A stretch of DNA of 64,000 nucleotides from positions 15,934,001 through 15,998,000 of the forward strand of contig CM075986.1 in assembly GCA_038087875.1 (NCBI GenBank), written 5' to 3'. The stretch's first letter is position 1, and each line of letters starts with the position of its first letter. Below, in pieces: positions 1-12,714 of the stretch. Both the position numbers and the translations under genes were made by a program. Below the pieces are notes generated by a model that did not search any database, was not told the DNA's origin, and worked only from the letters and a program-made list of their open reading frames with translations. The stretch comes from Malacoraja senta (lineage: Eukaryota).

Positions 1-150
1 ACTGTACTCTCTTTTCAAGTGAGAGCTTGATAGGGCTACCAAAGATAGCAGAGTCGGGATAGGGAGAAGGCAGGAACGGGGTACTGATTGTGGATGATCA
101 GCCATGATCACACTCAAAGGGCCGAATGGCTTACTCCTGCACCTATTGTC
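1..150 (+). mobile_element. CR1 LINE 3' end fragment
   Basis: Matches the 3' end of the intact CR1 copy at 19260-19436 (ggggtactgattgtggatgatcagccatgatc...gggccgaatggcttactcctgcacctattgtcta). Confidence 0.85.
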
Positions 151-349
151 TACTCGAGTGACTCACTTGATGATACACAAATCCGTCATGTACAGCTCCT
201 GTCCACTGACCACTAAAGGCCGTTTCACACTGGCGCCTTATAGACGTCGCTAAATATGCAGTACGTGTATAATAAAATTACGAATATGAAATTAAACACA
301 ATATTGACTCAAATGCATTTACATATGATTAGCCTATTTATCACTATTT

Positions 350-417
350 CTCTCGGAACCTCTAGTGACCTCTCGCAGAACCCTAGCGTTCCGGGGAACC
401 CCGGTTGAGAAACGCTG
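350..417. mobile_element. hAT (Charlie-like) non-autonomous element terminus
   Basis: Repeated ggaaccc subterminal motifs ending in gttgagaaacgctg (reverse complement cagcgtttctcaac, a typical hAT-Charlie TIR). Other end not identified. Confidence 0.55.
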
Positions 418-570
418 TTATAAAAGTTGAAACCGGCAGAAAGTTGAAACTGCTTCTTCTAATTATTGCATCTGTCAGACAGGGGAATCCCAATTATGAG
501 AGTTTGTCTACGACTGTTGCCCATTGTCCAAACTAGTGGCTCACGTTCTTCAACAACACCATAATAAAGA

Positions 571-974
571 TAATAATAATAATAATAATAACTTTATTTA
601 TAAAGCACTTTAAACAACCACAGTTGCCACAAAGTGCTGTACATGAGAAATCACGAACAAAAAGCTATTACAAACAATTAAAAACCATAAAAAACCGTAA
701 AACGAAGGACTATAAAAAACACACTAAAAATTAAAAGACATTAAAAGCACTAAAAACAGGGGCAATGCCTCAGCCAGTGTCGAAAGCCAAAGAATAAAAA
801 TATGTTTTTAGGGAGGATTTGAAGATGGACAGTGAGGGGGCCTGTCTGATGTGCAGCGGCAAGGTGTTCCAGAGTGCCGGAGCAGCAACAGAAAAAGCTC
901 TATCCCCTCTGAGCTTCCGCTTAGACCTTGGTACCTCAAGGAGCAGCTGATCAGCTGACCTGAGGCACCGGGCG
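571..974 (-). mobile_element. L2-clade LINE, 5'-truncated 3' end with (TAT)n tail
   Basis: Minus strand 973-770 reads ARCLRSADQLLLEVPRSKRKLRGDRAFSVAAPALWNTLPLHIRQAPSLSIFKSSLKTYFYSLAFDTG* (L2 ORF2 C-terminus). 3' stem gcacttt...aaagtgc; tail seen as (aat)n at 571-591. Confidence 0.9.
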
Positions 975-1374
975 TTTATCTTTAAAGATCAGCGATCTGT
1001 ATTGCACAAATCTTTTGGCCATTGCTTGAAAGACTGCAATTGCATGTACTGTTTAAGAAATAACTTAATCCAGCACGGATTGCCAGTGACACAAGCAGAT
1101 GGGTGGGACATGGTTTAGAACCTGCCAAATCTCTTCCAAGGAGTGTTACTATTTCTGTTTTGCACATAAATAGCCTTCCTTGGGGCACGTGGGGTTGCAA
1201 ACAAACACAAAAAAATAATAATTGACTTTTTAGTCTTGTGTCCATATCTTACCTTCAGATATTCTTGGTTTAGCAGAAATAATAATCATTTCACCAGTGG
1301 TGTTTGTTAAATCGCATTAGCTGTGAGGAGGTTATAGTCCACTATCTTGTAGATAAGGTGGAAGCTATGGTGTA

Positions 1375-1990
1375 GTTGCACTGTGGAAACTACAGAGGGG
1401 TCACCCTGCTCTCTGCCTCAAGGAAAGTCATTGCCAAGGACATCCTCAACCACAAGTGTGATTTGGAGTATGAATTATATCCATCCAGGGCCATCCAATC
1501 CATACTTGCATTTGTGTTCACTCAAAGGCTGAGCTCCGAGCATCTGCAATTCATTCACTGAGTGCATAATGACCTTCCAAACAATGCATGGAAGACAAAC
1601 GGCTCTCCGTCCCCATTTCTATACAATGCAACCTTCTAATTATGGCGAGTTCCTTGAAAACATGGACCACTTGTCTTGATATGGCAGTGGCATCTCAGCT
1701 GAGACAGACATTGATGATGAAATTCATCGTTGCCTTCAAAGCACCAGTGCAGCCTTTGTCAATTGAGGGAAAAAAAGGTGCCCATAGTTCAAGACTTCAA
1801 ACCCAGATAAAGCACATGGTCTAACAGTGATTTTGTGCTTTTGAGATCTGGACTGCAGCTACTTTAAGACTTTAGAAAGATGCCACCAATACTGCCTCTG
1901 CAAATTTTCCAAATTCATTGGAAGGTTAAATGATCCAATTCCTAGGCCAAACGCCCCAGCAATGACACTCTTATTGCACTTGTGTCTTCA
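1375..1990 (+). mobile_element. Old degenerate RTE-clade LINE fragment
   Basis: CGNYRGVTLLSASRKVIAK resembles the RT motif NYRGISLLS..GK..A; downstream remnants are heavily interrupted. Confidence 0.6.
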
Positions 1991-2085
1991 TGACAGAACG
2001 TTTCATTGGTATGCCCGGCACCAGACTTTCAATGCAGATACTCCCACTGTGTTACTGAAGTTGCTATTTTCTTTTTAATTTACAG

Positions 2086-2153
2086 TCCATCATATCGGAA
2101 GTCTCGTATGTCCAGAGCGCAGAGCTACCCTGACAACAGACAGCTGTACTTGG
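2086..2153 (+). CDS. MAP3K3: MAP3K3 internal coding exon (68 nt; [23 protein letters not shown])
   Basis: tacag| acceptor, |gtatgt donor; matches MEKK3 [20 protein letters not shown]; phase 2 to 1. Confidence 0.95.
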
Positions 2154-2745
2154 GTATGTTTGCCAGTTATATCCTGAGCTTGCAGCTTTCTGCGCTTCTT
2201 ACCAGGAATGGGGAACACCTTTCATTGTCGCTTTAAAATGTTGCAGCTGTGGATTGAGTAGAACCGGCAGAAAGGGTTAACTGAAGATCAGCGTGATAGT
2301 CTATTACAATATCTATTTCATTTTTGAGAACTTGGCTTATGTTCATTCTAATAAAGTCACAATGGTGAAAATTGAGAATTGGAAGTCACACTGATGTGGG
2401 AGGGTAAGGGGTGTACTATTTTATTTCCAAAAGAGTAGTTAACAACAATTTAGCACAGTAGAGAACTTCACCCCTGTATGCTGTGGCTTTGTGAAAGTAC
2501 TTTCCCGAAACGTTTAATAGGAGATGTCTTGATTTCCGCTACATCTGGCGAGTGCTTTCTATCTTGCGATTACTCGATCCTGGCACTATCATGTGATATG
2601 TTATTTCCCAGCAGGACAGGCTCGGGGCATAATTATTGGCATTGGAAATAAGCATTGAGTTTTCTAGAAGAGTATAGATTTATTGGTAGAATACATTTTA
2701 AATCATAACTTATTCCTGTCTCCATATTCTTTCCTTTTGAATCAG

Positions 2746-2838
2746 ACCGTGAAAATCATGTCCCTGATAAGGCAGGAAAAGGAGGGACCTTTCCCCGACA
2801 TTTCCACATACCTCTTCACCAGAAGGATTATGGTGACG
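2746..2838 (+). CDS. MAP3K3: MAP3K3 internal coding exon (93 nt; DRENHVPDKAGKGGTFPRHFHIPLHQKDYGD)
   Basis: atcag| and |gtgagt; aligns to MEKK3 [31 protein letters not shown]; phase 1 to 1. Confidence 0.93.
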
Positions 2839-4439
2839 GTGAGTACGAAGTAGTGGACTCGTAGTATTTGTAAAACCATGTCTGTAGAATAATTTTACAA
2901 AAGACGCATGCTTACATGTATATGGGTTGAATAACGAGCTTCAGGAATAAAAATAACTCTGAATGAGTTTAACTGCAGAGGTCCCTGTTTCAAATTTAAT
3001 CGACAACACTGATAAACATTCTTTCCACGCTCTAAATCCTTTTTTCCATCTATCCTGTACCTCATTTGGGTATAAGTTGTAGGATATGTAATCGAGCTGC
3101 CCAGCTGCAGATAGAGCAGCACTCCTACCTGAGCTGTTTCAACTGGTTCAGGAAAGCACCAGCAAACCTCATGCCAGAAGACAGCTGGCTATCATGCTCC
3201 AGTGCCCACAGTTATAATTCTGCTGATTCTAGAAATCTATAATAAATAACCAACATTATAGATTAAGCAGTATCCATGGACAACAAAGCACATTGTTTCA
3301 TACCTTCTGACCTATTCATTTTCGTCAAAAAGGATATAAAGCATTTGCCTTAAATGTTGAAATAAAATTATAGATTCCAAGCTCTGAAACGTTTTAATTG
3401 TGCTTTGTTTTACTGCTACAACAACTGAGCTTTACTACCGCCAGAGCTCGTGATCAGAATCTGAATAGATGATTAATTTGAAATAGCAGTTACAGCTATC
3501 CCTGTAACTCTTCCCTTCCTATGTGTGTGTTTTGCTGGTTCATTTAAGAAGGCAGGCACTGGTTATTGATTGGGGACGATCAGCCATGATCACAATGAAT
3601 CGATCGAAGGGCCTCCTGCACCTATTTTCTACGTTTCTATATATAGTGCATCCATTTGCAGGGATTACTAGTGAAATTAAGCTTTCCATTTGTATTTCCC
3701 CATTTGTTGTATTGGGGATGGTGCCAGCCTGTTGGAAGAGAATGTATCTCAGAACTGTTTACATATTTCTCTGAATGGCTGGTCTCGGCCTCTTTCCAAT
3801 TTTGGGAATGGTTCAAATGGAGGTCATGAGGGGAGAGTGGAGAATGCAAAAAAAGCTCACGGACTTGAAACATTAATGTTATTTCTCTTTCAACAACTGC
3901 CTGACCTACTGTGTATTTCTACAATTTTTTTTTTTTGTGAATGGATGCAGTAATTAACGGTTTCTTTTCACAGCTGATTTGTACTAGGGTATTTTCATAT
4001 GGGCATTCAGTCCTTCCCTTAACCATTTCTGCACAGCTTGAACAGGTTATGGAGTTCCCACCCATGCATCTGGTTATCAGGTAATGTTATCAGGAACAGA
4101 GACAATGGTGGATGTTGATGTGCTTCAGCACTACTTTTCACAGCCCCACTGCCCCTCCCCATGATCAGCCAACATATGACTCACCAGATGTTTGAACCTG
4201 AGCTACTTATGTCCTTTCCGTCTCGGGACCATTATAATGTTAATGTTTATTTAATGACTTTCTATTTAAAATGACACATTTTCATTTCCTATTTCCTATA
4301 AATCACTTTCCAGAAAAGAGTTGGTGGATAGTGATCATAAATAAAATCCTTTAGAACTTAATTTAAGAGTGGTGAAACTATTGTAATGCAGTAAAGGAAG
4401 ATTAGTCAGCAGTTCTGAGTTATAATCCTGGCCTTGATT

Positions 4440-4845
4440 ATGGGCTTCTAAGATGAAAAAGAAATTGGATGCATTCCAACAACGCTGCTTGAGGAGGATT
4501 CTGAAGACTAGCTACAGAGACCACAGCACAAACGAGGAGATCTACCGGGAAACTGCAACAAAGCCTCTCAGCCAGGACATAGAGGTACGCAGGATGAAAT
4601 CTGCAGGACATGTACTCAAATGTCACTAGAACGTGCACCTAAGATAGCCATGACATGGCAACCTGACGGAAGAAGGAAAAGAGGCCGACCAAAACTCACA
4701 TGGAGGCGAACATTCCAGAAGGATTTGGAAGCCCGGGACGAAAGCCTAGCGAGGGTGGAAGACTTCGCACATAACCGAACAGAATGACGAAAGCTTGCTG
4801 CCCAATGCACTCAACAGTGTGGGAGGGTCTAAGTAAGACTAAGTT
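4440..4845 (+). mobile_element. RTE-clade LINE 3' end
   Basis: Degenerate frame with KKLDAFQQRCLRRILK...APKIAMTWQPDGRRKRGRPKLTWRRTFQKDL, typical of the RTE C-terminus, ending in a taag-type tail. Confidence 0.85.
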
Positions 4846-5042
4846 AGTGGATTTTAGCTGAGGCTTGAGTTGGCCTCACAATTACTGCTGGTGACTTGTG
4901 AGCATATGAGAAAATTTGGGTGAGGTTAGGATCACGTCCAACTGTCACTGAGGTGAATAATCTGCCATTGTTGTCCCTCAAACATTAAGCGTGAGGCTCC
5001 AGGATGCATCTGGTCATAGGTCTTCCTGTGCAACTTGTATAT

Positions 5043-5220
5043 GCTAACCAAGATGCCTTCCTGAGCTAGTTCCATTTACCTGCATTTGGCCCATTTCGCT
5101 GTAAACTTTCCCTACCCATGAACCTATCCAAATGTCTTCTAAAAGTTGTAATTGTACCTGCCTCAACCACTTCCTCTGGATGCTTGTTCCATATACATAT
5201 CGCTCTCTGTGTGGAAAAAC
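5043..5220 (-). mobile_element. CR1 LINE 3' fragment
   Basis: Reverse complement of the CR1 3' region seen at 7550-7750 and 57610-57830. Confidence 0.75.
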
Positions 5221-5267
5221 TTGGAAAAACAAGGACCACGCTGATAAGTATTTATTTTATCCTTCAG

Positions 5268-5459
5268 GGCGGAGAACCTTCCCAAGAATTCGCCGACAGC
5301 AAGGGAACCTGTTCACTCTCATCCCATCCAGTCGGTCGCTCAGTACAAACGGAGAGAACATGGGTTTAGCAGCTCAGTACTTGGACAGCCGGGGGAGAAT
5401 CCGCAGCGGGGACAGCGAAAACACGCTCTCAGTGCAGGAGAGAAATGTTTCCACTAAAT
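5268..5459 (+). CDS. MAP3K3: MAP3K3 internal coding exon (192 nt; [64 protein letters not shown])
   Basis: ttcag| and |gtaggc; near-identical to the MEKK3-specific linker, which distinguishes it from MAP3K2. Confidence 0.97.
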
Positions 5460-5546
5460 GTAGGCTACTCCTTATTTTGTTTTATATGCTTTGTACACAT
5501 GTTGCCTGCACAGAGTGAGTTCAAGTCTGTTTTACTTTCTATTGGT

Positions 5547-5674
5547 GTAAGAAAGAACTGCAGATGCTGGTAAAATCGAAGGTAGACACAAAATGCTGGA
5601 GTAACTCAGCGGATGAGGCAGTATCTCTGGAGAAGGAATGGGCGACATTTTGGGTCGAGACCCTTCTTCAGACT
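5547..5674 (-). mobile_element. Penelope-derived short repeat with hammerhead-like core
   Basis: gacacaaaatgctggagtaactcagc...gggtcgagacccttcttcagact; family recurs more than ten times in the window. Confidence 0.7.
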
Positions 5675-6609
5675 ATTTACTTTCTATTGGCATGCTTTTG
5701 GTCTTTGAGCACCCTTACATGGATGTGAGCATATCTCTGGGGGTATCAAGAGTAGGTTTGGGTTATGTGAGCACTCCTTTCCATAAAGGGTGATCTAAAG
5801 CAGGAATGGATTAAAATCAGCTTTACAGTTGGAAGAGACCTTTCACGGAATTCTGACAATGCTGTAAAGTCAGTATTTATTGTATTCAGTGTTTGTGCAG
5901 CGATGCAAGATCAGTGCACTTCATCATATTTTCCTGCCTGCTTCCCCATACCTATACAAATTTCTCCTGTTTTTAACATTTTTCCGATGTTGATTCAAAA
6001 GTTATTATGCATGTAATTCCACCACCAGAGTTACGGTGAACTCTGCCCCTGTAACTCCTGATGTAAAATTCTTTAAATATTTTTATTCACAATCTAACGG
6101 CCTCTAGTACTAGCTGCAAGTGTGAATTTTCCTATATTTTTTTACAAACCTTCATAATGTTGCTATTTGGGCTCCTCTTAATTTTTCCTTTTTCAAATTG
6201 AGTGACACTGAGGTTCTGTAAACCCTGCACATGACTGAAGCTGCTTATTTATCTTTGTAATCATAGTGTCTCTCTTCTGCGTCATTCTGCAGGCTCAGCA
6301 TCTTTCCTAAAGTAGGACGTCCAAAATGGGCAGTGTCCCAAATGCAGTCTCATCAATTAATTAAGATAGGTTACAGAGTGCAAAAGTAAAAAATACTAAC
6401 ACAATCCTTTTGTACTCTGTAACTCTGCTGAATAAATTAGATTCCAATTATTTTTTTGATGTCTGAATTTGTGAACCTGTGACCTTTGAGGTTTTACCAT
6501 TCAGTGCATATTTTCCCATTGTTTGTCCATCCAAAGTAATTGTGCTCCCTGTTAAATTTAATTTGTTGTCTATCTGTCTGATCTATCAATCAGATTTTTC
6601 TCGAGAGCA

Positions 6610-6868
6610 AGACACAAAATGCTGGAGTAACTCAGCAGGTCAAGCAGCAGCTTTGTAGAACATGGATTGGTCGCCTTTCTGGTTGGGACCCCTCTTCACT
6701 CTGAAGAAGAGTTCCGACCCGAAAAATCATCTATTCTTGTTCTCCAGAGAAACCAATCTGAAGAAGGTTCCGACCTGCAATGTCACCTGTCCATGTTCTC
6801 CAGAGATGCTGACTCACTGAGTTACTCCAGCATTTTGTCTTTCTTTGCAACATCTGCAGTTCCTACTT
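6610..6868. mobile_element. Penelope-derived repeat, inverted arms with two degenerate ctgaaga cores
   Basis: gacacaaaatgctggagtaactcag at left and ctgagttactccagcattttgtc at right; ctgaagaag occurs twice between them. Confidence 0.7.
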
Positions 6869-7019
6869 ATCATGTATAGTCTTTTCCCCAAGTCTTTTCC
6901 AATAATTTACACATTTGGTTCAACTCTCCCACCCAAGCCACCCACATTTTAGAGCATGAAGAGCAATAACATGAACACTATTCCCAAGGAAGAGTAGTCT
7001 GAAAACCATGCAAAATCTT

Positions 7020-7754
7020 GATTGATTGACCAGATAGGCTGAGGAATGGTTGGAATTTAATACAGAGAAATGTGAGGTGTTGCATTTTTGGAACTCTTAA
7101 CATGGGCAGGACTTACACGGTGAATGGTAGGGCTCTGGGGAGTATTGTAGAGCAGAGGGATCTAAGAGTGCTGGTGCATGGTTCCTTGAAGATGGAGTCA
7201 CAGATAGATAGGGTGGTCAGAAAAGCTTTTGGCACATTGGCTTTCATCAGTCAGAGTATTGAGTTGTGAGGTCATGTTGCGGTTGTATAAGATGCTGGTG
7301 AGGCCATATTTAGAGTATTGTTTTCAGTTCTGGGCACCATGTTAGCTATAGGGAGAGGTTGAGTAAGCTGACTCTACTCCTTGGAGCACAGGATGATGAG
7401 GGGTGATCTTATGGAGGTGTATAAAATCATGAGAGGACTAGATCGGGTAGATGCATATCGTCTCTTGTTCAGAATAGGTGAATCGAGGACCATAGGGTTA
7501 AGGTGAAGGGGAAAAGATTTAATAGGAATCTGAGGGGTAACCTTTTCACACAAAGGGTGGAACAAGCAGCCAGAGGAGGTTGTTGAGGCAGGGACTATCC
7601 TGACGTTTAAGAAACAGGGTGCATGGATAGGACAGGTTTGGACATATATGGACCAAATGCTGGGCAGGTGGGACTAGTGTAGCTTAGACATGTTGGCCGG
7701 TGTGGGCAAGTTGGGCCGAAGGGCCAGTTTCCATGCTGTATCACTCTGACTCTA
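7020..7754 (+). mobile_element. CR1 LINE, 5'-truncated, degenerate
   Basis: EQRDLRVLVHGSLKMESQIDRVVRKAFGTLAFISQSIE; homologous to 57101-57835. Confidence 0.9.
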
Positions 7755-8444
7755 TTTACTGTTCTTGATTTTCATTTAGTTATCTTACCTTATCTTACAA
7801 TGGCCACTTTATATTCTTCCTATTAATGTATTTTACATTTGTCAGACATTATTCGGGAAATAAAAAATTTAGGCATATGAAAGCATTAAGGAAGGCATAG
7901 GAATAATACATCTGGATTTTCAAAACTTTTAAGGTATCATGCATTAGATAAACTGATTTGAAAAAAATACACAGAACTGTTCTAACATTTGAATATGGGT
8001 TGTTTTTTTTAAAGTTGGGAAGCAGTTCCCAATTTGCATCAATAACTCGGATGAAATTTTGCCAAGATTGCTAATGATATATAAAAACTGAACAATTAGA
8101 AGCATAGATAATTTGATTTTGTAGTCCAAAATTCTTAACTATTATTAGTGAGCCTGATCCACTGCCCGGCGACTTTTTTTCCTTGAAATTATGTCATGCA
8201 TCCATTCTTTAACATATCCTTGCTAAGGTCCAAATGGAGTTGTATGCTTCATTGTACTGGCAAAACCCATGTCACACTTGTGATGTACTTTACATTACAT
8301 TCCTTTTTCACCCCATTCTGCATTGAGACTAGCATTGATTATGCTTCCTATTTATATATATATATATATCAGTGTAAATGCAATACATTTATTTCTGATG
8401 TACTTCACATACATCACAGAAGGTAACTTTGACAGAATAAAAGG

Positions 8445-8745
8445 TCTTGGAATCAGAAACGGGCCCTTTGACCCAATCCGTCTATGCTGACCAAATTGCC
8501 TAACTGAGGTAGTCTCAGTCACTTGTACCTTGCGCATATCCCTCCAAACATTTCCTATTCGTGTACCTGCCTTAAGTGTCTTTTAAATGTCATAATTATA
8601 TCTGCCTCAACCACTTCCTCTGGCAGCTCGTTCCATATGTGCACCACCCTATGTGGGGAAAAAACTGCCCCTCAGAGCCCATTTAAAATTCCCCCCTTGT
8701 ATCTTAAATCTATGCTCTCTAGTTTTAGATTCCCCAACCCTGTAT
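8445..8745 (-). mobile_element. CR1 LINE 3' fragment
   Basis: Minus ORF ends VGESKTREHRFKIQGGNFKWALRGSFF. Confidence 0.8.
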
Positions 8746-11700
8746 AAAATCTGCCCTTGTATATCTTGCCAAAATGCAATATTTCTCATTTTCTGAATTA
8801 AACTCCACTGCCTGTCTCCTACCGTCAAGCCAATTTTGTATCCCATTGGCTAGCTTACGCTGGATCCTTTATGGCATAGTTTTTACATGCATCTTTCAAC
8901 TCAAATTAGCAATTACTCACCAAATTATAGTGGTGTATATCCAACAGAACTTTTGTTGAATAACGATGAGCATTCATCTAACACAGATGCAGTGATTCTT
9001 TAACAGGTTCACATCCATCTAAAGTTAAGCTAATTATTAATACACAATGGATATATACTGAACAATCATGTCTAAAGCTATCAAACAATAAATGGGTCAC
9101 ACGCTACTAAATATGAGGATATTCTTGGGCGTGACTTTTCAGATTGTAATGCATCTTCCAGTGAATTACATTTATTTTGCAACCTGCTATTAGAACCGTC
9201 CAGCCTGTGTTAAGATGACTGATCTTTAGTTGCCCTTTCTCCCTGTTTGGCAAGCTTCTGGTCCTCTGGCATAGCAGCTACAGCGAGTGATGTCTGAGTC
9301 TTCTGGTCAGGGCTTCTATTTCCTCAGCATTCTAGGATGCAGGTTACACCCATTTAGGGAAGGAAGGGTGACTGAAGTCAGGATGTGTTTAACAAATAGC
9401 TAGATGCTATAATGATAGACACTAGATTTGGTATTCAGGAAAGGATGAGATCAGGTAAGTTGGGGAGTGTTCTTCAGTTTCACATAGTTTGAGGTTTGAC
9501 CTGGGGTGCTGCTTGGAATTGGATTTTAAGTGGGCCTCTTGGATACTTCCCTCAGAATAGTGGGACCGATTCAAGGCCATGTTATATCTGGCAACAAAAC
9601 GTTTGCCTTAATCTTGTATTCATCATCTGCCAGGTTTTGAAAAGCTTCTGAAAATTGATATGTGATTTCTTAATTTACTGACACCTACAGACTTGCTGAA
9701 GATCAGTGAAAAGTCCCGAGGCAGCTTCATTTGTCTGGCAATGCAATTGGGAAAGAGGAATGCATGCTTCCCAGGATAATGTAACCGGATGAGTGCAGAT
9801 TGTGATGAGGATATTTCGACTCGGCATAAGGATTCTCAGTTGTAGCTTGAGCGAGTGAGCAAAATCTTAACAAATCCAGTTTACTGTGCAAAAGTGTGAG
9901 GAATGATTGCTCATTGGTAGGAGGAATCTAAAATCAGACTATGATCTAAATGGGGAAAGATTTCAGACGTAGAGAAGAACAGAAGTGTTCTTATGCATGA
10001 ATCACAAAAGGTTAGCAGCCAGGTGTTGCAAGTGGTTAGGAGAGCAAATGGCATATTCACCTCAATTGCAAGAGGAATGAGGAAGTATTATTACAGTTGT
10101 ACAGGGTGTTGGGGAGGCCAGACTTAGACTACAGTGGACAATTTTGGTCCTCTTGTTTATGAAAAGGTATACTGATATTGAAGTAGAGTCAAATTTTTGG
10201 GATGAGAGGATTGTCCTTTCACAAGCAGCTAAAGAAATTAAAACTATGTTTTTCAGTATAGAGAATGAAAGGGAATACTGTTGACACACATTAGTTCCTG
10301 TGGAGGGATGTCAAGATGTTACGCTTAATGAGAGGATCTTAAAGAGGACATGTTAAATGATTTTAAACCCGGGTGCAGGGAAGGGAAAAGGAGCAGGGTG
10401 AGTGGGATGGTGGGGGGAATGTTTGCGCTTCTAGGTTGTTGGGGGGGGAGGGGTGAGGGGCAGGAGAAATAAGGGAGTACTTGAGATTGGAGAATTCATG
10501 TCCTTACCATTGGGTTGTATGCTTTCCAAGCAGAATATGCTGTGTTGTTCTTCTTGTTAGCATGGCCTCACTTTGGCAATGGAGGAGACTGAGTGGAAAG
10601 TCGCCCTTCTATCCATACCCCTCTCTGGCTTTGCATTTCACTTGTATTCTTTCCTTACCTCACATCCTTTGGCTCCTTTTCACTCCACCCATCTGCCAAT
10701 CAATCTCCTCACCTGTATCAACTTATTACTTGTCAGACTTTGCTCCACTCTCACCTCTTTTTTCCAGCCGTCTTTCCCCCCCCTCCCCCACCACCCCCCC
10801 CCCCCCCAGTCAGTCTGAAGAAGGGTCCTGATGCAAAATGTCATCTGTCCATTCCCATTGAGATGCCTCCTGACCCATTATGTTCCTCCAGAAATTTGGA
10901 TTTTGTACAAGTTTCCAGCACCTACAATTTCTCGTATTTCCTTACACATCTTTGACTGATGTTTATGAGAGATCATTAGAACTAGAGTTGAAGTTGAGGA
11001 CTGACTAACAGAGTGTGAAAAACAACGTTGATGTCCAAGTAATTTTGTGGGCCAACTTGTTGATAATGACTAAAAAAAAACTTAAATTTGCAACTGCACC
11101 AATACATCTCGGTAATCTGGATTCTCTTCATCCCCATCCCTTCACAGGCTTTCCGTTGTTTTTTCCACCTTTCCTCTTGATTTTAAAACATAGTGGTTTT
11201 TTTCTCATTTCCCAATTTCAATGAAAGGCTGGCAACCTGAAGCAAGAACCCTATTCCTGTCTCCACAGCTGGTGCCTGGCCTAAGTATTTCTGGTATTTT
11301 CAGGCTTTATTTGGGATTTCTGGCAGAGTTACTCATGTTGTTGGAAAAATTTGTTCAGTTCTGTTCAGTGCTTTGGAGAGGTGATTGAATATACACATTG
11401 TGAGTATGACTGGGAGCAGCTGTGAAGAAAGATGAGAACTTTACAGCAAAAACAAACTGCTGGAGAAACCCAGGGAGTCGGGCGACATCTATGGAGGGAA
11501 ATAGACAGACGCGTTTTGGGTCAAGACTCTTCTTCAGACTTGTCTCCAAGAGAACATTTATGTATTTTGCATCAGACATTCAAGAGTTTACATTTATCAG
11601 CCACACTTATAAACGCATCTTGAGATAATTCAGATCACCATTGTTTTTTCCTGACTATTTAAACAAATACAGCCACCTCTCATTTTACGCAGGGGTTACA

Positions 11701-12421
11701 TTTGAAAATCACAGCCTATCTCTAAAACGTGTAAATTAAACATAATTTTACTATTTATGTAAATAGTACAAGTTAGGGGGAAAATCATACCTGTCTACAT
11801 CACACAATAAATAATTCATTTATGACTGCCATTATTCTTTCACCTTATTCATTAATGAACAGTTAATTAAAAAAAAACCTGCAGTAAAGACATCCTTAAT
11901 AAACAATGTTTATTGTTTATTTAAAATCTCTTTTTGAATGTAAATGCAAGCACTTTCGTTGATGACTGGCGACTACTGCTTGCCCAAGATGGCGCAGGTG
12001 GAGGGTTGATGAGGAAGGTTACTGGGAGTGGGGGTCCTCCACATCAGCTGGTGAAATTGGAAGCCAAGGCGAGGGTATAAGTGAATCAGTGGTTGAGGCA
12101 GCAGTAGGCTGAGGTCTGGAGATGCCAGAGGTCGATGGCTGAGATTCATTGCTGCCAGATGTATTAGATTAACTCCTCATACTTTCGAGAAGTATGATGA
12201 CAATGTCTTTTGGGTGGCTTTTATTTCCTTTTCTTGCAGGATTTCTTTGCAACACTACTGTTCGCTTTCGGTTATGCAGTCTTATTGAGAAAGCAGTAAG
12301 CGGCAGTTTGCTGAACGCCATCAATGTTGTACTGCACAGTACCTTGCCAGGCGTAAATTTGAGTGCGTTATTTCAAATATACGACCGTGTAAATAAGGCT
12401 TTGGTATTAATTAAACAATCG

Positions 12422-12714
12422 AGTTTAGTTTAGAGATACAGCGCAGAAACAGGCCCTTCGGCCCACTGAGTCCACGCCAACCAGCGATCCCACACACTTA
12501 TACTATCCTACACATATTAGGGACAATTTACAATTATACCAAGCCAATTAACCTACAAACCTGTATGTCCTTGGAGTGTGGGAGGAAACCGGAGATCCTA
12601 GAGAAAACCCACGCAGGTCAAGGAGAGAAAGTATAAACACCGTGCAGAAAGCACCCGTAGTCAGGATCGAACCCGGATCTCTGGCGCTGTAAGGCAGCAC
12701 TCTACCATGCCACC
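12422..12714 (-). mobile_element. tRNA-headed V-SINE (HE1-like)
   Basis: Minus strand has a tRNA-like head (B-box-like ggttcgatcc), V-domain-like tgcgtgggtttt...ggtttcctcccacactccaa, and a CR1-type 3' end with (taaac)n tail. Confidence 0.8.

Noticed and set aside
4440-4845. This RTE fragment as the autonomous partner of the ribozyme-headed element
   Set aside because: Its 3' end and taag-type tail do not resemble the element's 3' half or GAA-type tail.
11668-12400. Tigger-like transposon
   Set aside because: Only a vague TIR-like left end; matching right end and TA TSD not established.
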